Numbered from the stretch's first letter, positions 29,201 to 38,852 are shown. The stretch: DNA of 39,126 bases from Thermoplasmata archaeon (GCA_023261745.1 JAGDXR010000056.1:1-39126); one strand, 5' to 3'. The notes: generated by a model not told the origin, from the letters alone. Translations and numbers: made by a program.

Positions 29201-30811
29201 GAATGCCACGATATCAGCAATGATTCCAGCGGTTACAGGTGATGAAACCGATGTTCCGGCAATCTGATACGGTCCACCGTTGATAAAAATTTCAGTATTA
29301 TTTCCAATTGAAGATATATCAGCATAATTTCTTCCTTTAACAGAACCTCCATTTTCTATTACCGCTGGAATATCCTGCCATGATGGCATAGGATATATTT
29401 TACTGGTTCCACTGGTAGTGCCATAATGAATATTTCCATATGCAATGGCCGATTGGTCATACCAGACAATCTGATTGTATATCGAATTTGTAACAGGGAC
29501 ACCATATCCATTCAGGACTCCGGATGGACCGTTCATTAATAATGTTGTTCCACCCACGGCTAGAAATCCAGAAGTATCTGTTGCATAATTTGCGGGCATT
29601 GATACATTATCTACATCTCCATAATCTCCAGCTGACGCAAGAAAAGTTGTTCCTGTCGATTCAAGCATAAGAACGTATTCTGCTGAAACATTATCAACCG
29701 GTGCTTCAGAACCGTTGTTATTGTATCCCCCCCAAGAGTTTGATACTGCAACAAGATCATTCAGTTTACTCAGAGAGGCATATTCTTCATCAGGAAAATC
29801 TGTTTCTGATGGACCGGAGGAATTTCCAGGGCCATAAACGCAAAATGCATTCACTCCCGGTGCCATGGTTGTGACCATTTCGAGATCAAGAGTATTTTCA
29901 TAATTGGTTCCCGTGGTATCATTTGTTGCATTTGGACCTGGCATCACTGCACCATCAACAGGATATCCTGAAACTTTTAATTTGACAATATTTCTTTCCC
30001 ACTGAGGAACGGTTAAATTATAATATGAATAAATGTCAGAAGGATTGTATGGTGAAACCTGAAATCCTCCTGAATCAACACCTTCCCATAAAACTGTGGC
30101 AACAGTCAAATTTAATGGAAATACGTGATTTTTTGAATAATTTCCGTAATAGGAATCGTTGAATATTCCGTATACCTGATATGCCTTTTGAAGATCTCCA
30201 CCCCCCTCCTCGCTTATATTTCCATCATATAATTTAATTAAATCAAATTTATAATATATATTATCTGAAAGACCGGAGATACCACTGACATATTCTGCTA
30301 TGCTATATGGAAGCTCCACGGGTGTTACTGGCATGAATACGTATTTTCTGAATCCGTCAGTCTGGAAATAGGCGATTTTGATGTTGAATGCATTTTCAAT
30401 TTTATAAGCCGGAACGTTATGAGCAAATATTGCAAGGTTGTAGGGTCCCGGATATCCTGTGATACCGTAAGATTTCAGATAATTCAATATGAGATCTACA
30501 GTATTATTGGATGGAGAAAATAATCTGTAAAATTCCCCCTTTGAAATAAATTTATGAAATTCCGGGCTATCTGGATTTTCAACACTGGTAAGATAATCAT
30601 TAAGCATATTTATGTTTTTCAATTTTAAGGATATGGAAATATCCATATTTTTATTTGAAGATATGTATTTACAAAAATGATATTCATCTGATTTAAAAAA
30701 TCCGTATGTGTAAACAAAATTTAAATTTGAAGCGCTACCGGAAAATGAGTAAAAAATCTCAAAGATAAAAAATATCATTATAATCAATGCAATGATTTTT
30801 TTTATCAACAT
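26279..30811 (-). CDS. Membrane-anchored S53 (sedolisin-like) peptidase with pro-domain, inserted GH18-like domain and Ig-like surface repeats
   Basis: Signal peptide and pro-kumamolisin-like region (ENPDSPEFHKFIS); catalytic ENTLD, SAGD, GTSVSSP and Ca-site WDYASGWGS. The GH18-like segment contains GYSIDFE...IMAYE, and the protein ends in a TM helix plus KRKKR. Confidence 0.88.
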   Translation of the reverse strand: MLIKKIIALIIMIFFIFEIFYSFSGSASNLNFVYTYGFFKSDEYHFCKYISSNKNMDISISLKLKNINMLNDYLTSVENPDSPEFHKFISKGEFYRLFSPSNNTVDLILNYLKSYGITGYPGPYNLAIFAHNVPAYKIENAFNIKIAYFQTDGFRKYVFMPVTPVELPYSIAEYVSGISGLSDNIYYKFDLIKLYDGNISEEGGGDLQKAYQVYGIFNDSYYGNYSKNHVFPLNLTVATVLWEGVDSGGFQVSPYNPSDIYSYYNLTVPQWERNIVKLKVSGYPVDGAVMPGPNATNDTTGTNYENTLDLEMVTTMAPGVNAFCVYGPGNSSGPSETDFPDEEYASLSKLNDLVAVSNSWGGYNNNGSEAPVDNVSAEYVLMLESTGTTFLASAGDYGDVDNVSMPANYATDTSGFLAVGGTTLLMNGPSGVLNGYGVPVTNSIYNQIVWYDQSAIAYGNIHYGTTSGTSKIYPMPSWQDIPAVIENGGSVKGRNYADISSIGNNTEIFINGGPYQIAGTSVSSPVTAGIIADIVAFTNQKFGFIDPLIYRIGSENKKLPYSPYWDVIQTPAGYHDNETIYWAKQGWDYASGWGSINAFNFSMDLINTVSKINIIPLNLPENHTWFLNIDGVTFNFTGNVTLNIDNGNHTLSFSSRGYVANPATINLYVNKNLTVYVNFYYDGILNLFIPYIYPDYYGYWNDLKNYSELMNGIQYESYNITSSGSLNYFGDDNITNISEKLKIPTFPMIVNDYNISKTDLVLYNISLQDKLISYAVNLSLKYNYSGYSIDFENPSNADFSTNDSFRFVMFLNNFSIALHKVNKKLIVAVDPAYNGIPNSMLFWYIYHPVIPLYADYYAIMAYETFYMGNYSFQEAVNSIISSTGQYLTKAQIMIILSDINYSTNMPFTMEDLNLRINYTLKNGIKAISIFSMNQNGGFPQSGLWNSFQYYETYNKRHFLVFHEYGLPDGYYWKIDLNNIYYNTTNENIVLFLLPGNYSFRIIPPGGYRSNISSGHVYLNENKTINIEFYLVKYDVTFISNMNISWYLNIPGFGNISIKNRIYNLYMPNGSYNYSAYSTYYYANPGNFIVNGKNITIYVNFSKYIFLNIIFVNYSKTFSINFTLNDINYSVSNCTVKIKNYTIKFEMEKYININKYERIFVKNNSILVNVKNNYTIYVYFIKQFYLNVSSNPSGSAQFSINSGFYNYSEIIKIDVYEKRYYEFEYWLGNGNGSYTGKYENITVKILSPINETSYFSRLYSLTFITENYSFPYYLDINNNSYNVSQNNFTVYLVQGFYNIYAFSENRSYYFNTSVYLNENLTLHISLKIQKYCVIFEEIGLKIPLNISVNRMNYTLKNNLSIPLPNGSYRFMINPPYYINTNITNGTLIINGSEKIIRINVSLKIFNYTIYVPFLNRTDTEIILYGNDILGEKINYTLYSKNGEFIFHVPAGKYNFTVLLNKQKITSGNVTISKNLNEIINNNKGNYFYLEYLIILIIGIMIIVLSLKRKKR

Positions 30812-30869
30812 ATTATAAAAATAGATATCACTGATAAAAATTTTATGCTAAATGCAATAAAATAAATAT

Positions 30870-32783
30870 TTAATAAAAATTATAAAAAAATTTCAAATAT
30901 TCACATCTGGTCAGTTTTTTACCGTTGAAGTCTATGAAAATATTTCCTTTGAAAAGTTCATCTATATTTCTTCCCTTGATTTTAAATATGTTGCTTCTAT
31001 CAAAATTATAGTCTACATAGTTATTTAGAGGATTGTAGATTTCCGGTATTCCTTTTTCTGAAGGGTATGGAACGGAAAGTATCCATACTCGGTCCATATA
31101 ATCATCGAGCTTTTCAATTTTTATTTCCTCACCATTGTATCTGTAATAATGATATTGTCCATTTAAAATTTTAACAGGCTGTATCAGTGTGCAGAACAGA
31201 GACAATGCATCATTCCTGAAAACTGAAAATATCACCCTTTCTTTATTGATGACATGCATGAGCAATTTACCTGGATTTTTTAAATCACCGTATTCCGCTT
31301 CCACACTGATTCTGTCTTTTCCCTTTACTGCTGTAATATCGGGAGAATTCTCAAATGGCCTTGCAGTTTTTATTTCATAACCAAGTGATATCATGAAAGA
31401 TGCCGTTCTCCTTATAAGATATGCGTGGTATATGGATTCTGTAAAATTTCTCAGATAGCTTTCCGAAATTCTTATACCATTTGTCTCAAGGAATATTTTT
31501 CCATTTTCATTTCTGATCATGTTTTTAAGATTTAAAATTCTTAATACTCTTAGAGGATCCTCATCCGATAAACTTTCAAATTCTCTTACTGCATCCTTTT
31601 CAAATGTGTGGCCATTTCTGTCTGTAAGGGAAATAATCACGGATAACATTTTTATTTCATCGTCATATGCATCACAGTTATCTAAATATTTGGTTGTATC
31701 ATTATCGGTCTTATAATCATCAAAATTTACATTTTCAGTTTTACCATGGCTTATGTTTCCATCATAAAGTAGGAATTGAAATTTTTCCATATTTGTTGTC
31801 ATAAGGATAAATTTGTCTCTGTTCATTGGAATTTTGCCCGATAAAATCTTTGCATCGAATGGTGAAATTCTGAAGATTGCAATATATTCTGAATTGGCCA
31901 TAACAGAATTTACAAGATCTCTATCCATCTGAGAAAGATACTGTGTGGCCATCAGAATTTCAACGCCATATTTTCTTGATTCGCTCAGGAGATTTGGGAG
32001 TATGTAGGGTGAAAAATCCTTTATTTCGTCTATAACAATGATTGAATCTTTTATTATTCCGAATTTCATAAAATTGAATAATATTGCGAGGGTTGATGAG
32101 GCCATCATTCTTGCCGAATTTTCCCCGTAATGCAATTTTTCAAAGTCAAAATACAGATTTTTGCCGGAAAAAAGAAATTCCATATTTCCTCGTGAAGAAA
32201 TGAAATTTTTCAATTTAGTGTTGTTTATTATGGGATTCAATTTGTTTATGAAACTTTGAATATATTCGCTGTACTGATATTTGCTCATATTTCGGAAAAA
32301 TGAATTTTCAGTTATTTTATCCATAACTCTGCTGAAAAGATCTTCGAGCGTGGGATCAGGATTTTCATTGTATATTTCTTTTCCAAATACGGTAAATATA
32401 TTGTCAAGTCTTGGTCCCCACGTGCCATTCGAAAAATCCTCATCCATTGAAAATACCATCTTCAATGTATCAATAACCGTCTGTACCCTATCAGGGTCGG
32501 TGGAATTCATGGTGTTCATCAAATTCATCTTAAAGCAATATTCCTTTCCATTAATGTTTATATGTGAAGGAGAAATGTATATTCCGGTGTTCATTAAACT
32601 TTTTGAAATGTCACCGTGTGGATCAAGAACAATTATCCTTTTATTTTCCCCTATTCTCTTTTTAATTACCATTTTAAGAAAAGTGGATTTTCCATAACCG
32701 GTTTGACCTATTACCAGTCCGTGTCCATTTATCCCATTAATATCATATTTTTTTATGAACGAATATATCCTGTCTATATCCAT
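30870..32783 (-). CDS. VirD4/TraD/HerA-superfamily (DUF87-like) ATPase fused to wHTH and PD-(D/E)xK-like nuclease domains
   Basis: HGLVIGQTGYGKST, LDPHGD, WGPRL, VIDE and SESRKYGV..MATQYLSQ. The C-terminal part has ESIYH...SPDITAVK..RISVEAE; a GGAGG SD lies upstream. Confidence 0.8.
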   Translation of the reverse strand: MDIDRIYSFIKKYDINGINGHGLVIGQTGYGKSTFLKMVIKKRIGENKRIIVLDPHGDISKSLMNTGIYISPSHININGKEYCFKMNLMNTMNSTDPDRVQTVIDTLKMVFSMDEDFSNGTWGPRLDNIFTVFGKEIYNENPDPTLEDLFSRVMDKITENSFFRNMSKYQYSEYIQSFINKLNPIINNTKLKNFISSRGNMEFLFSGKNLYFDFEKLHYGENSARMMASSTLAILFNFMKFGIIKDSIIVIDEIKDFSPYILPNLLSESRKYGVEILMATQYLSQMDRDLVNSVMANSEYIAIFRISPFDAKILSGKIPMNRDKFILMTTNMEKFQFLLYDGNISHGKTENVNFDDYKTDNDTTKYLDNCDAYDDEIKMLSVIISLTDRNGHTFEKDAVREFESLSDEDPLRVLRILNLKNMIRNENGKIFLETNGIRISESYLRNFTESIYHAYLIRRTASFMISLGYEIKTARPFENSPDITAVKGKDRISVEAEYGDLKNPGKLLMHVINKERVIFSVFRNDALSLFCTLIQPVKILNGQYHYYRYNGEEIKIEKLDDYMDRVWILSVPYPSEKGIPEIYNPLNNYVDYNFDRSNIFKIKGRNIDELFKGNIFIDFNGKKLTRCEYLKFFYNFY

Positions 32784-33439
32784 AGTAATTTCCTCCTTTC
32801 TTCATTTTTTACAGGTGGTATCAGGAAATAGGAAATTTCGGATGGATCCATGATCATTTTTTTCCCATTTTTTACAATTGCTTGACCTGTAAAAGGATCC
32901 CTGATGAAAATATCCATATCCAAATCGGTGAAAATTTCAGCCTCGTACATTTCTGAATTTATCTTCTTTTCAACCAATCCTCTCCGATATCTGTTATTTA
33001 TATGTTTAGCAAATTTTTTGGCAATGAATCTTGAATATACTCTCTTTTTTCTTGCCATAAAGATAAAATATTTGGCACCTTTCTTTTCCATTGCAAAATA
33101 TATGTCTGAAAATATGTTATGTTTTGGATAATAAGGAATATAATAGTTTTTAGAAAAACCGTATCTGTACAGGCCATCAATTTTGTATGCATTTACATAT
33201 TCTGTAAATTTTCCCGGTACAACGTTTTCATAATAGAGATATGCAGGTTCATGGTTTTCAAAAAGAGCAAATCTATAATCCGTGCCATCAAAATAGATCA
33301 TTGAGGATATTTCGTCAGAAGAGCTTGCAAGGTAAAAAACATCTTTCAAAATATTTTGAAAATTTTCCCTCAAAAAATCGGGATCAGGTTTAAAAATTTT
33401 AAAATAATTTATATAATATAGACTCTCAACTCCTTTCAT
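32774..33439 (-). CDS. Hypothetical protein, probable detached N-terminal module of the downstream coupling-type ATPase
   Basis: 221 aa with a GGAGGTG SD and a 10-bp overlap with the ATPase gene; ends MDPSEISYFLIPP. Confidence 0.65.
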   Translation of the reverse strand: MKGVESLYYINYFKIFKPDPDFLRENFQNILKDVFYLASSSDEISSMIYFDGTDYRFALFENHEPAYLYYENVVPGKFTEYVNAYKIDGLYRYGFSKNYYIPYYPKHNIFSDIYFAMEKKGAKYFIFMARKKRVYSRFIAKKFAKHINNRYRRGLVEKKINSEMYEAEIFTDLDMDIFIRDPFTGQAIVKNGKKMIMDPSEISYFLIPPVKNEERRKLLWI

Positions 33440-33481
33440 TTTTACACCTCCAGAAAATCGCCGGTTAAAAGGTTTCGTTAA

Positions 33482-34261
33482 TTATTTAAAAAAATCTGAA
33501 TATTTTACAGGTTCAATGCCGTAAAGATTCCATATATCTTGGGGTCTGCAGAAATCGTACCTCAGCATCTTAATCTGTTCCATGGTAATGGGTAAAAATG
33601 GGATCAGTGAATATAATATGAATGACGGTATTTCATAAGCCTTTTTTCTTTTTATTATTTTATACATGTCTACCAGTCTTATTTTTTCCGATCCTGAAAC
33701 CTCAACAATTCCATTGTTGTTAATCATATTTTTTACAAGATTTGACAGGCTTTCAACATATACCGGGCAGAGATATCCTGATTTTGGAATAAATGGTGTT
33801 TTCAGCTTTTTCAGCATCAATGTAAGATAATCATCATTGCCAAAAATCATGCTCGGCCTAAAGATGAGATAATTTCCTCTTTCGGTGATGATGTTCTCTG
33901 CTTCCCTTTTTGTCTTGAAATATTCAGTATCTCCCTTATCCGCATTCAGTGCAGAAAAGTAAACTATCTTCTGCTTTTTATTCATTTTGGAAAGTATGTT
34001 TCTGATACCTCCAACGTTCACATCTACATGCTTCTGTTCTTTTTGATTTATAACTGCAACTAGATCAATGATAATATCGAATTCCGAAAGGTCGGGTATT
34101 TTATCAGAATATTTTATGTCGCCCTCGATCCACTTTACACCAAGTTCTTTCAATTTCTGATTTTCCTTTCTTGAAATATATGAAACATCATGCTCTTCAA
34201 GGAGCACAGGAATCAAATGTCTTCCCACGAATCCAGACCCGCCAAATACTGCAACCTTCAA
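33482..34261 (-). CDS. NAD-dependent epimerase/dehydratase (atypical SDR, NDUFA9-like)
   Basis: GGSGFVG, YFKTK (YxxxK) and RPSMIFG; TTG start. Confidence 0.85.
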   Translation of the reverse strand: MKVAVFGGSGFVGRHLIPVLLEEHDVSYISRKENQKLKELGVKWIEGDIKYSDKIPDLSEFDIIIDLVAVINQKEQKHVDVNVGGIRNILSKMNKKQKIVYFSALNADKGDTEYFKTKREAENIITERGNYLIFRPSMIFGNDDYLTLMLKKLKTPFIPKSGYLCPVYVESLSNLVKNMINNNGIVEVSGSEKIRLVDMYKIIKRKKAYEIPSFILYSLIPFLPITMEQIKMLRYDFCRPQDIWNLYGIEPVKYSDFFK

Positions 34262-34369
34262 GGGTATCTACCAAACCTCAACCAGCCAATAATAAAATTG
34301 TATAGATGTATAAAAATATTTTGAAATCTGACGGTAAAAGTTTTATAAAAATAAAATATCATATAAAAG

Positions 34370-35635
34370 GTGGATGAAGAATTTGTAGGAATATCGGGGT
34401 ATGTTACCAGAACTGAGGGGATAGGTGGAAAAATTAAAATGTATCCCGAAGATTTTATTGTAAATGAAATAGCAGAAGAGATAAAAAGAAAATCGGATGG
34501 GAAAAACCTCATTTTAAAGGTAAAGTTAAAGAACTGGGAAAATAACAGGTTTGTATTCAAACTTTCAATGCAGCTGGGAATTAGCAGGGATAGCATATTT
34601 TTTGCCGGAACAAAGGATAAGCGATCTATCAAAATACAGTATTTCTGCATAAGAAATTTTCATTCAAAAATCAGTTTAAATTTAAAGGATATTGAAATTA
34701 TTGAATCATTCAGAACAGATGAATGCATAGATATTGGTGACCTCATAGGCAACGAATTTTCAATAAAAATAAGAAATCTGGAGGAAGATGCGGATGAAAA
34801 GATCAGGAAAATATATCAGGAATTGCCATTAAAAAATTTTCCAAATTTTTTTGGTGTTCAGAGGTTTGGGACAACAAGACCAGTAACGCACATTGTTGGA
34901 AAGTACATAATACAGAGAGATTATGAAAATGCTGTTAAAGCCTATATAGGTATGGTTTTTAATGATGATTCACAGATTGATGCAAGAAAATATTTTATGG
35001 AAACAGATGACCCAGAGGGAACATTGAAAATGTCTGATCCTGGCAAAATGGAATATGAGCGAATAATGTTAAAGCATCTAGTTGAAAGACCAGGTGATTA
35101 TGCAGGTGCAATTTCAAGATTGCCAAGGACTCTCAGAATGATGTTTGTGCATGGATATCAATCATTTTTATTCAACAAAATTCTCAGTGAAAGAATGAGA
35201 AAATTTGATTTGATGGAACCCATGGAGGGTGACATTGTTTTACCAGTTGATAAAAATGGAATACCCATCGAGGATAGATTTATAATGGTAAACAGCAAAA
35301 ATATGGACAAAATAAAGGAGAAAATTCATGAGGGAAAGGCATACATCTCAGCGATACTTTATGGTTCTCAGAGCAGATTTGCTGAGGGAGAGATGGGTGA
35401 AATAGAAAGAAAAATAATTCAAAATGAAAATATCGAGAGGGAAATGTTCAACATAAGGGAAATCAGGGATATATCAAGCAAAGGTTCCAGGAGGAGTATC
35501 TCATCACCAGTTAAAAATTTCAATTATTATTTTAAGGACAGGTATGCCGTTCTGAATTTCTCTCTCAACAGGGGATCATATGCCACATCTCTTTTAAGGG
35601 AATTCATGAAATTATCTGATCTTCGGTCTTTTTGA
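34370..35635 (+). CDS. truD: tRNA pseudouridine(13) synthase TruD
   Basis: PEDFIVNE, AGTKDKR, GNEFSI, PNFFGVQRFG, QSFLFN and GSYATSLLRE. Confidence 0.95.
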   Translation: MDEEFVGISGYVTRTEGIGGKIKMYPEDFIVNEIAEEIKRKSDGKNLILKVKLKNWENNRFVFKLSMQLGISRDSIFFAGTKDKRSIKIQYFCIRNFHSKISLNLKDIEIIESFRTDECIDIGDLIGNEFSIKIRNLEEDADEKIRKIYQELPLKNFPNFFGVQRFGTTRPVTHIVGKYIIQRDYENAVKAYIGMVFNDDSQIDARKYFMETDDPEGTLKMSDPGKMEYERIMLKHLVERPGDYAGAISRLPRTLRMMFVHGYQSFLFNKILSERMRKFDLMEPMEGDIVLPVDKNGIPIEDRFIMVNSKNMDKIKEKIHEGKAYISAILYGSQSRFAEGEMGEIERKIIQNENIEREMFNIREIRDISSKGSRRSISSPVKNFNYYFKDRYAVLNFSLNRGSYATSLLREFMKLSDLRSF

Positions 35636-37142
35636 TTTCCGGTAATTTTATTTCGGAAATGTCCGTATAGAGATATCCGTTCCTCTTTGCTATCCTCTGT
35701 ATAGTTTCTATGAAAATCCAGTAAAATGGATATATAGTATAAAGATATGGTCTGTCAGTGAAATATCCTTTAAGAATTCTTTTTCCCTGTCGAACGCCAT
35801 GGCTGAGGCATATTTTCAGCAATTCCTGCTGAAGTTCCGATAGGTTATATGCCCTGTACCAGTCCCTGTTTTTAAGAAGACCCATTGGGACAAAGAACAT
35901 TGGCATTATTATTGCCTTTATATCCCACATTCTCTCAACAAGTTCTATCGTCTTTATAACATCCTCTTCCTTTTCTTCAGGAAGTCCCACTATGAGTGTC
36001 ATGGCCGGTATCATTCCCTGGTCATTCATTAACCCGGCTCCCTCCACCACGACATCGGGCCAGTTCCTGGTTTCGAAAGGCTTGGCCTTATTGGGCATTA
36101 TTATTTCTGCGAGTCTCGGAGAACCGGTTTCTATTCCCACCTCTGCACCCCACCAGTCCTGATCCTTTAATATTATTTCACTTAGTCTGGAGAGCATTTT
36201 ATCATTCTTTTCGCCTGCAAGAACAGCGGCAAGACTGGCATGGCTCCAAGCCATGGTTTTATAATATTTTTTTGCCAGTTCATGAAGTTTAATCAGTTTA
36301 TCGGTTTTGGGATAATAATCAGTTGAACCGTAAAGTGGAACGTCTTCGGCATGCAGTATTCCATTTCTGACACCTTCCCTATAATTAACCTGCAACTCTT
36401 TTTCAATCTTTTCAAATGGATAAAATCTGAGAGCCCTCAGGGTTACAGAACAGAACTTGCATCCTCTTATGCATCCCCTCATAATTTCAACAAGACCATT
36501 GATGCTTGCATGTTTTATTTCCGGTATTTCCTCCAAGGAAGGCGCTTCCCTGTTGTTCATAACCACGAATCTCGGTAATTCTTCATTATTCATTGCTTTT
36601 CTGACCAGTTCAACTGCAATTTTTTCCCCCTCACCATCAACAACAGTATCTATGCCCCATTCATCCATAAGATCCTTCCTGTAATTCCATTGCCATGCCG
36701 ATGGGCCTCCGGCTATTATTTTTATCCCCCTCTTCTTTGCCCTTCTAACAGGTTCAGAATTCATCAGATTGGCAAAACTTCTGGCGTTAAGCGGTTCCTC
36801 CTTAAAAATCGATGCGAAAGTAGAACTCGGAGGACCAAAGCCGAAGTAATCATGATGGGATAACATCAGTACCTTTGCATCATCTATGTATCTATCTAGA
36901 TAGTCTGGATCCACTACACTTGCATCAAATCCAGCGTCTATCAGGGCAGCCTCAATCTTTCTAATTCCATATGAGGCCTGCCATGGAATTCCGTTCTTCT
37001 GTTTCATTTTTGGCGCAAACATGTACATCCACAATTTTTCTGGTAGTAATACGGGTACCCCGGTTGCACCAAAACCCAAGAATTCCTTTCCATGGTGGTT
37101 GCTCATCATGGTTCTGTCAGTAGTAAGTATGATATCCACCAT
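35604..37142 (-). CDS. Radical SAM protein with a B12-binding-like N-terminal domain (COG1032-like)
   Basis: EIMRGCIRGCKFC (CxxxCxxC), IIAGGP, DGEGE, GIETGS and IVGLP.E. Confidence 0.85.
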   Translation of the reverse strand: MVDIILTTDRTMMSNHHGKEFLGFGATGVPVLLPEKLWMYMFAPKMKQKNGIPWQASYGIRKIEAALIDAGFDASVVDPDYLDRYIDDAKVLMLSHHDYFGFGPPSSTFASIFKEEPLNARSFANLMNSEPVRRAKKRGIKIIAGGPSAWQWNYRKDLMDEWGIDTVVDGEGEKIAVELVRKAMNNEELPRFVVMNNREAPSLEEIPEIKHASINGLVEIMRGCIRGCKFCSVTLRALRFYPFEKIEKELQVNYREGVRNGILHAEDVPLYGSTDYYPKTDKLIKLHELAKKYYKTMAWSHASLAAVLAGEKNDKMLSRLSEIILKDQDWWGAEVGIETGSPRLAEIIMPNKAKPFETRNWPDVVVEGAGLMNDQGMIPAMTLIVGLPEEKEEDVIKTIELVERMWDIKAIIMPMFFVPMGLLKNRDWYRAYNLSELQQELLKICLSHGVRQGKRILKGYFTDRPYLYTIYPFYWIFIETIQRIAKRNGYLYTDISEIKLPEIKKTEDQIIS

Positions 37143-37194
37143 TGTAATCTACCCCTTATATCTTTATCGATTAATTAAAAAGATATTAAAAAAA

Positions 37195-37506
37195 TTATGA
37201 TTTTAATTCGATTTCTATGTGTATACCGTCAGGTATCTGTATTCTCATGAGCTGTCTGAGTGCCCTTTCATCTGCTTCAATGTCTATCAGCCTTTTGTGA
37301 ATCCTCATTTCCCAGTGGTCCCATGTAGCACTACCATCCCCACATGGAGTTTTTCTAACAGGTACAATAAGCCTTTTTGTAGGCAGGGGTATGGGACCAT
37401 GAATCTCTACCCCTGTTCTTTCTGCGATGTTTTTAATTTCATCACATACTTCTTCCACCTTTCTGTAATCATTACCCGATAGCCTTATCCTCGCTTTATA
37501 TACCAT
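37195..37506 (-). CDS. rpsJ: 30S ribosomal protein S10 (uS10)
   Basis: [38 protein letters not shown]. The true start is ATG 37506 after a GGTGA SD; the ORF-track extension overlaps tuf. Confidence 0.97.
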   Translation of the reverse strand: MVYKARIRLSGNDYRKVEEVCDEIKNIAERTGVEIHGPIPLPTKRLIVPVRKTPCGDGSATWDHWEMRIHKRLIDIEADERALRQLMRIQIPDGIHIEIELKS

Positions 37507-37516
37507 TGAATCACCA

Positions 37517-38788
37517 TTACATCTGTTTTTTGACAACGTCCTGGCATAGGCCCGCGGCCACTGTGATACCCATATCCCTGATCGCAAACCTGCCAAGCTG
37601 TGGAATTTCTGATGCTTTCTCTATGACCATAGGTCTTGTGGGTACAACCTTGACAATGGCAACATCTCCTGTCTTTATAACATCAGGTTTCTCCTGTTTT
37701 GTCCCGCCAGTTCTTGGATCGATTGTTTTTATGATTTCAGATATCTGGCACGCTACCTGGGCTGTATGTACATGAAATACTGGAGTGTATCCTGGACTTA
37801 TTACAGAAGGATGGTTCAGTACAACAATCTGCGCTGTGAATTCTGCTGCCACTGTAGGTGGATTTGTTACATGTCCGCAGACATCTCCTCTCTTTATATC
37901 ATTCTTTGCTATTCCCCTTACATTGAATCCAATATTATCTCCGGGTTCTGCCTTCTCCATAGCCTGATGATGCATTTCTATGGATTTAACATCACCCGAT
38001 TTATTTGCAGGCATGAATATTACCTGATCGTTTACCTTTAAAAGACCTGTTTCAACCCTTCCAACTGGAACAGTACCTATGCCCTGTATTGAATATACAT
38101 CTTGGACAGGAATCCTAAGTGGTTTGTCTAATGGTTTTTCTGGCATTTTCAGATTGTCAAGTGCTTCGATTAATGTTGGGCCATTATACCATGGCATATT
38201 CTGGCTCTTTTTGGCGATATTGTCTCCAAGATAACCGCTCGTGGGTATGAATGGAATGTCCTTATAACCTACCGTCCTAAGAAGTTTTTCAACTTCAGAT
38301 TTTACAGCTTCAAAAGCCTCTTTGCTATATGGTGGTGTTGTTGCATCCATCTTATTGATCGAAACAATCATCTGTAAAACGCCTAGCGCTTTTGCAAGAT
38401 AAATATGCTCCCTTGTCTGTTCCTGAACACCCTCTTTTGCAGATACAACAAGTATCGCGGCATCTGCCTGAGATGTACCTGTAATCATATTTTTAACAAA
38501 ATCCCTGTGACCTGGAGCATCAATAATTGTGAAATAATATTTTGTTGTCTCGAATTCTTTATGGGCAATATCTATAGTAACTCCTCTTTCCCTTTCCTCC
38601 TTAAGCCTGTCCATAACCCATGCAAATTCAAAAGTTGCTTTTCCCTTTTCAGTAGCTTCTTTTCTATACTGCTCTATAATCCTTGAATCTATTGCTCCAG
38701 TTTCTAATAATAGTCTTCCTACTGTCGTAGATTTACCATGGTCTACATGACCTATGAATACCACGTTCAGATGAGGTTTGTTTACCAT
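37517..38788 (-). CDS. tuf: Translation elongation factor EF-1 alpha
   Basis: [36 protein letters not shown] and GRFAIRDMG. Confidence 0.98.
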   Translation of the reverse strand: MVNKPHLNVVFIGHVDHGKSTTVGRLLLETGAIDSRIIEQYRKEATEKGKATFEFAWVMDRLKEERERGVTIDIAHKEFETTKYYFTIIDAPGHRDFVKNMITGTSQADAAILVVSAKEGVQEQTREHIYLAKALGVLQMIVSINKMDATTPPYSKEAFEAVKSEVEKLLRTVGYKDIPFIPTSGYLGDNIAKKSQNMPWYNGPTLIEALDNLKMPEKPLDKPLRIPVQDVYSIQGIGTVPVGRVETGLLKVNDQVIFMPANKSGDVKSIEMHHQAMEKAEPGDNIGFNVRGIAKNDIKRGDVCGHVTNPPTVAAEFTAQIVVLNHPSVISPGYTPVFHVHTAQVACQISEIIKTIDPRTGGTKQEKPDVIKTGDVAIVKVVPTRPMVIEKASEIPQLGRFAIRDMGITVAAGLCQDVVKKQM

Positions 38789-38795
38789 TTTTTTC

Positions 38796-38852
38796 CCTCC
38801 ATTATAATATTGTTTTAACTCACAAATTACGAACTAATATATAATATTTTTT
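38796..38852 (-). promoter_or_regulatory. tuf promoter and SD
   Basis: Minus strand AAAAAA-TA-TTATATA (38852-38838) and GGAGG (38800-38796) upstream of ATG 38788. Confidence 0.5.

Noticed and set aside
34278-34290. TCAACCAGCCAAT resembles positions 1-13 (TCAGCCAGCCAAT)
   Set aside because: Only 12/13 identity, with no flanking IS hairpin or TAM; most likely chance.
34258-34362. 34-codon minus-strand ORF whose TGA overlaps the SDR TTG start
   Set aside because: It spans the divergent SDR/truD promoter region and has no SD or recognisable features.
35604-37142. Radical SAM protein as RaSEA, the ArcS partner
   Set aside because: The size and B12-binding-like N-terminal domain do not fit RaSEA, and it is 32 kb from arcS.
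37507-37596. 30-aa N-terminal extension of S10 in the ORF track
   Set aside because: It overlaps tuf out of frame; the GGTGA SD and homology support ATG 37506.
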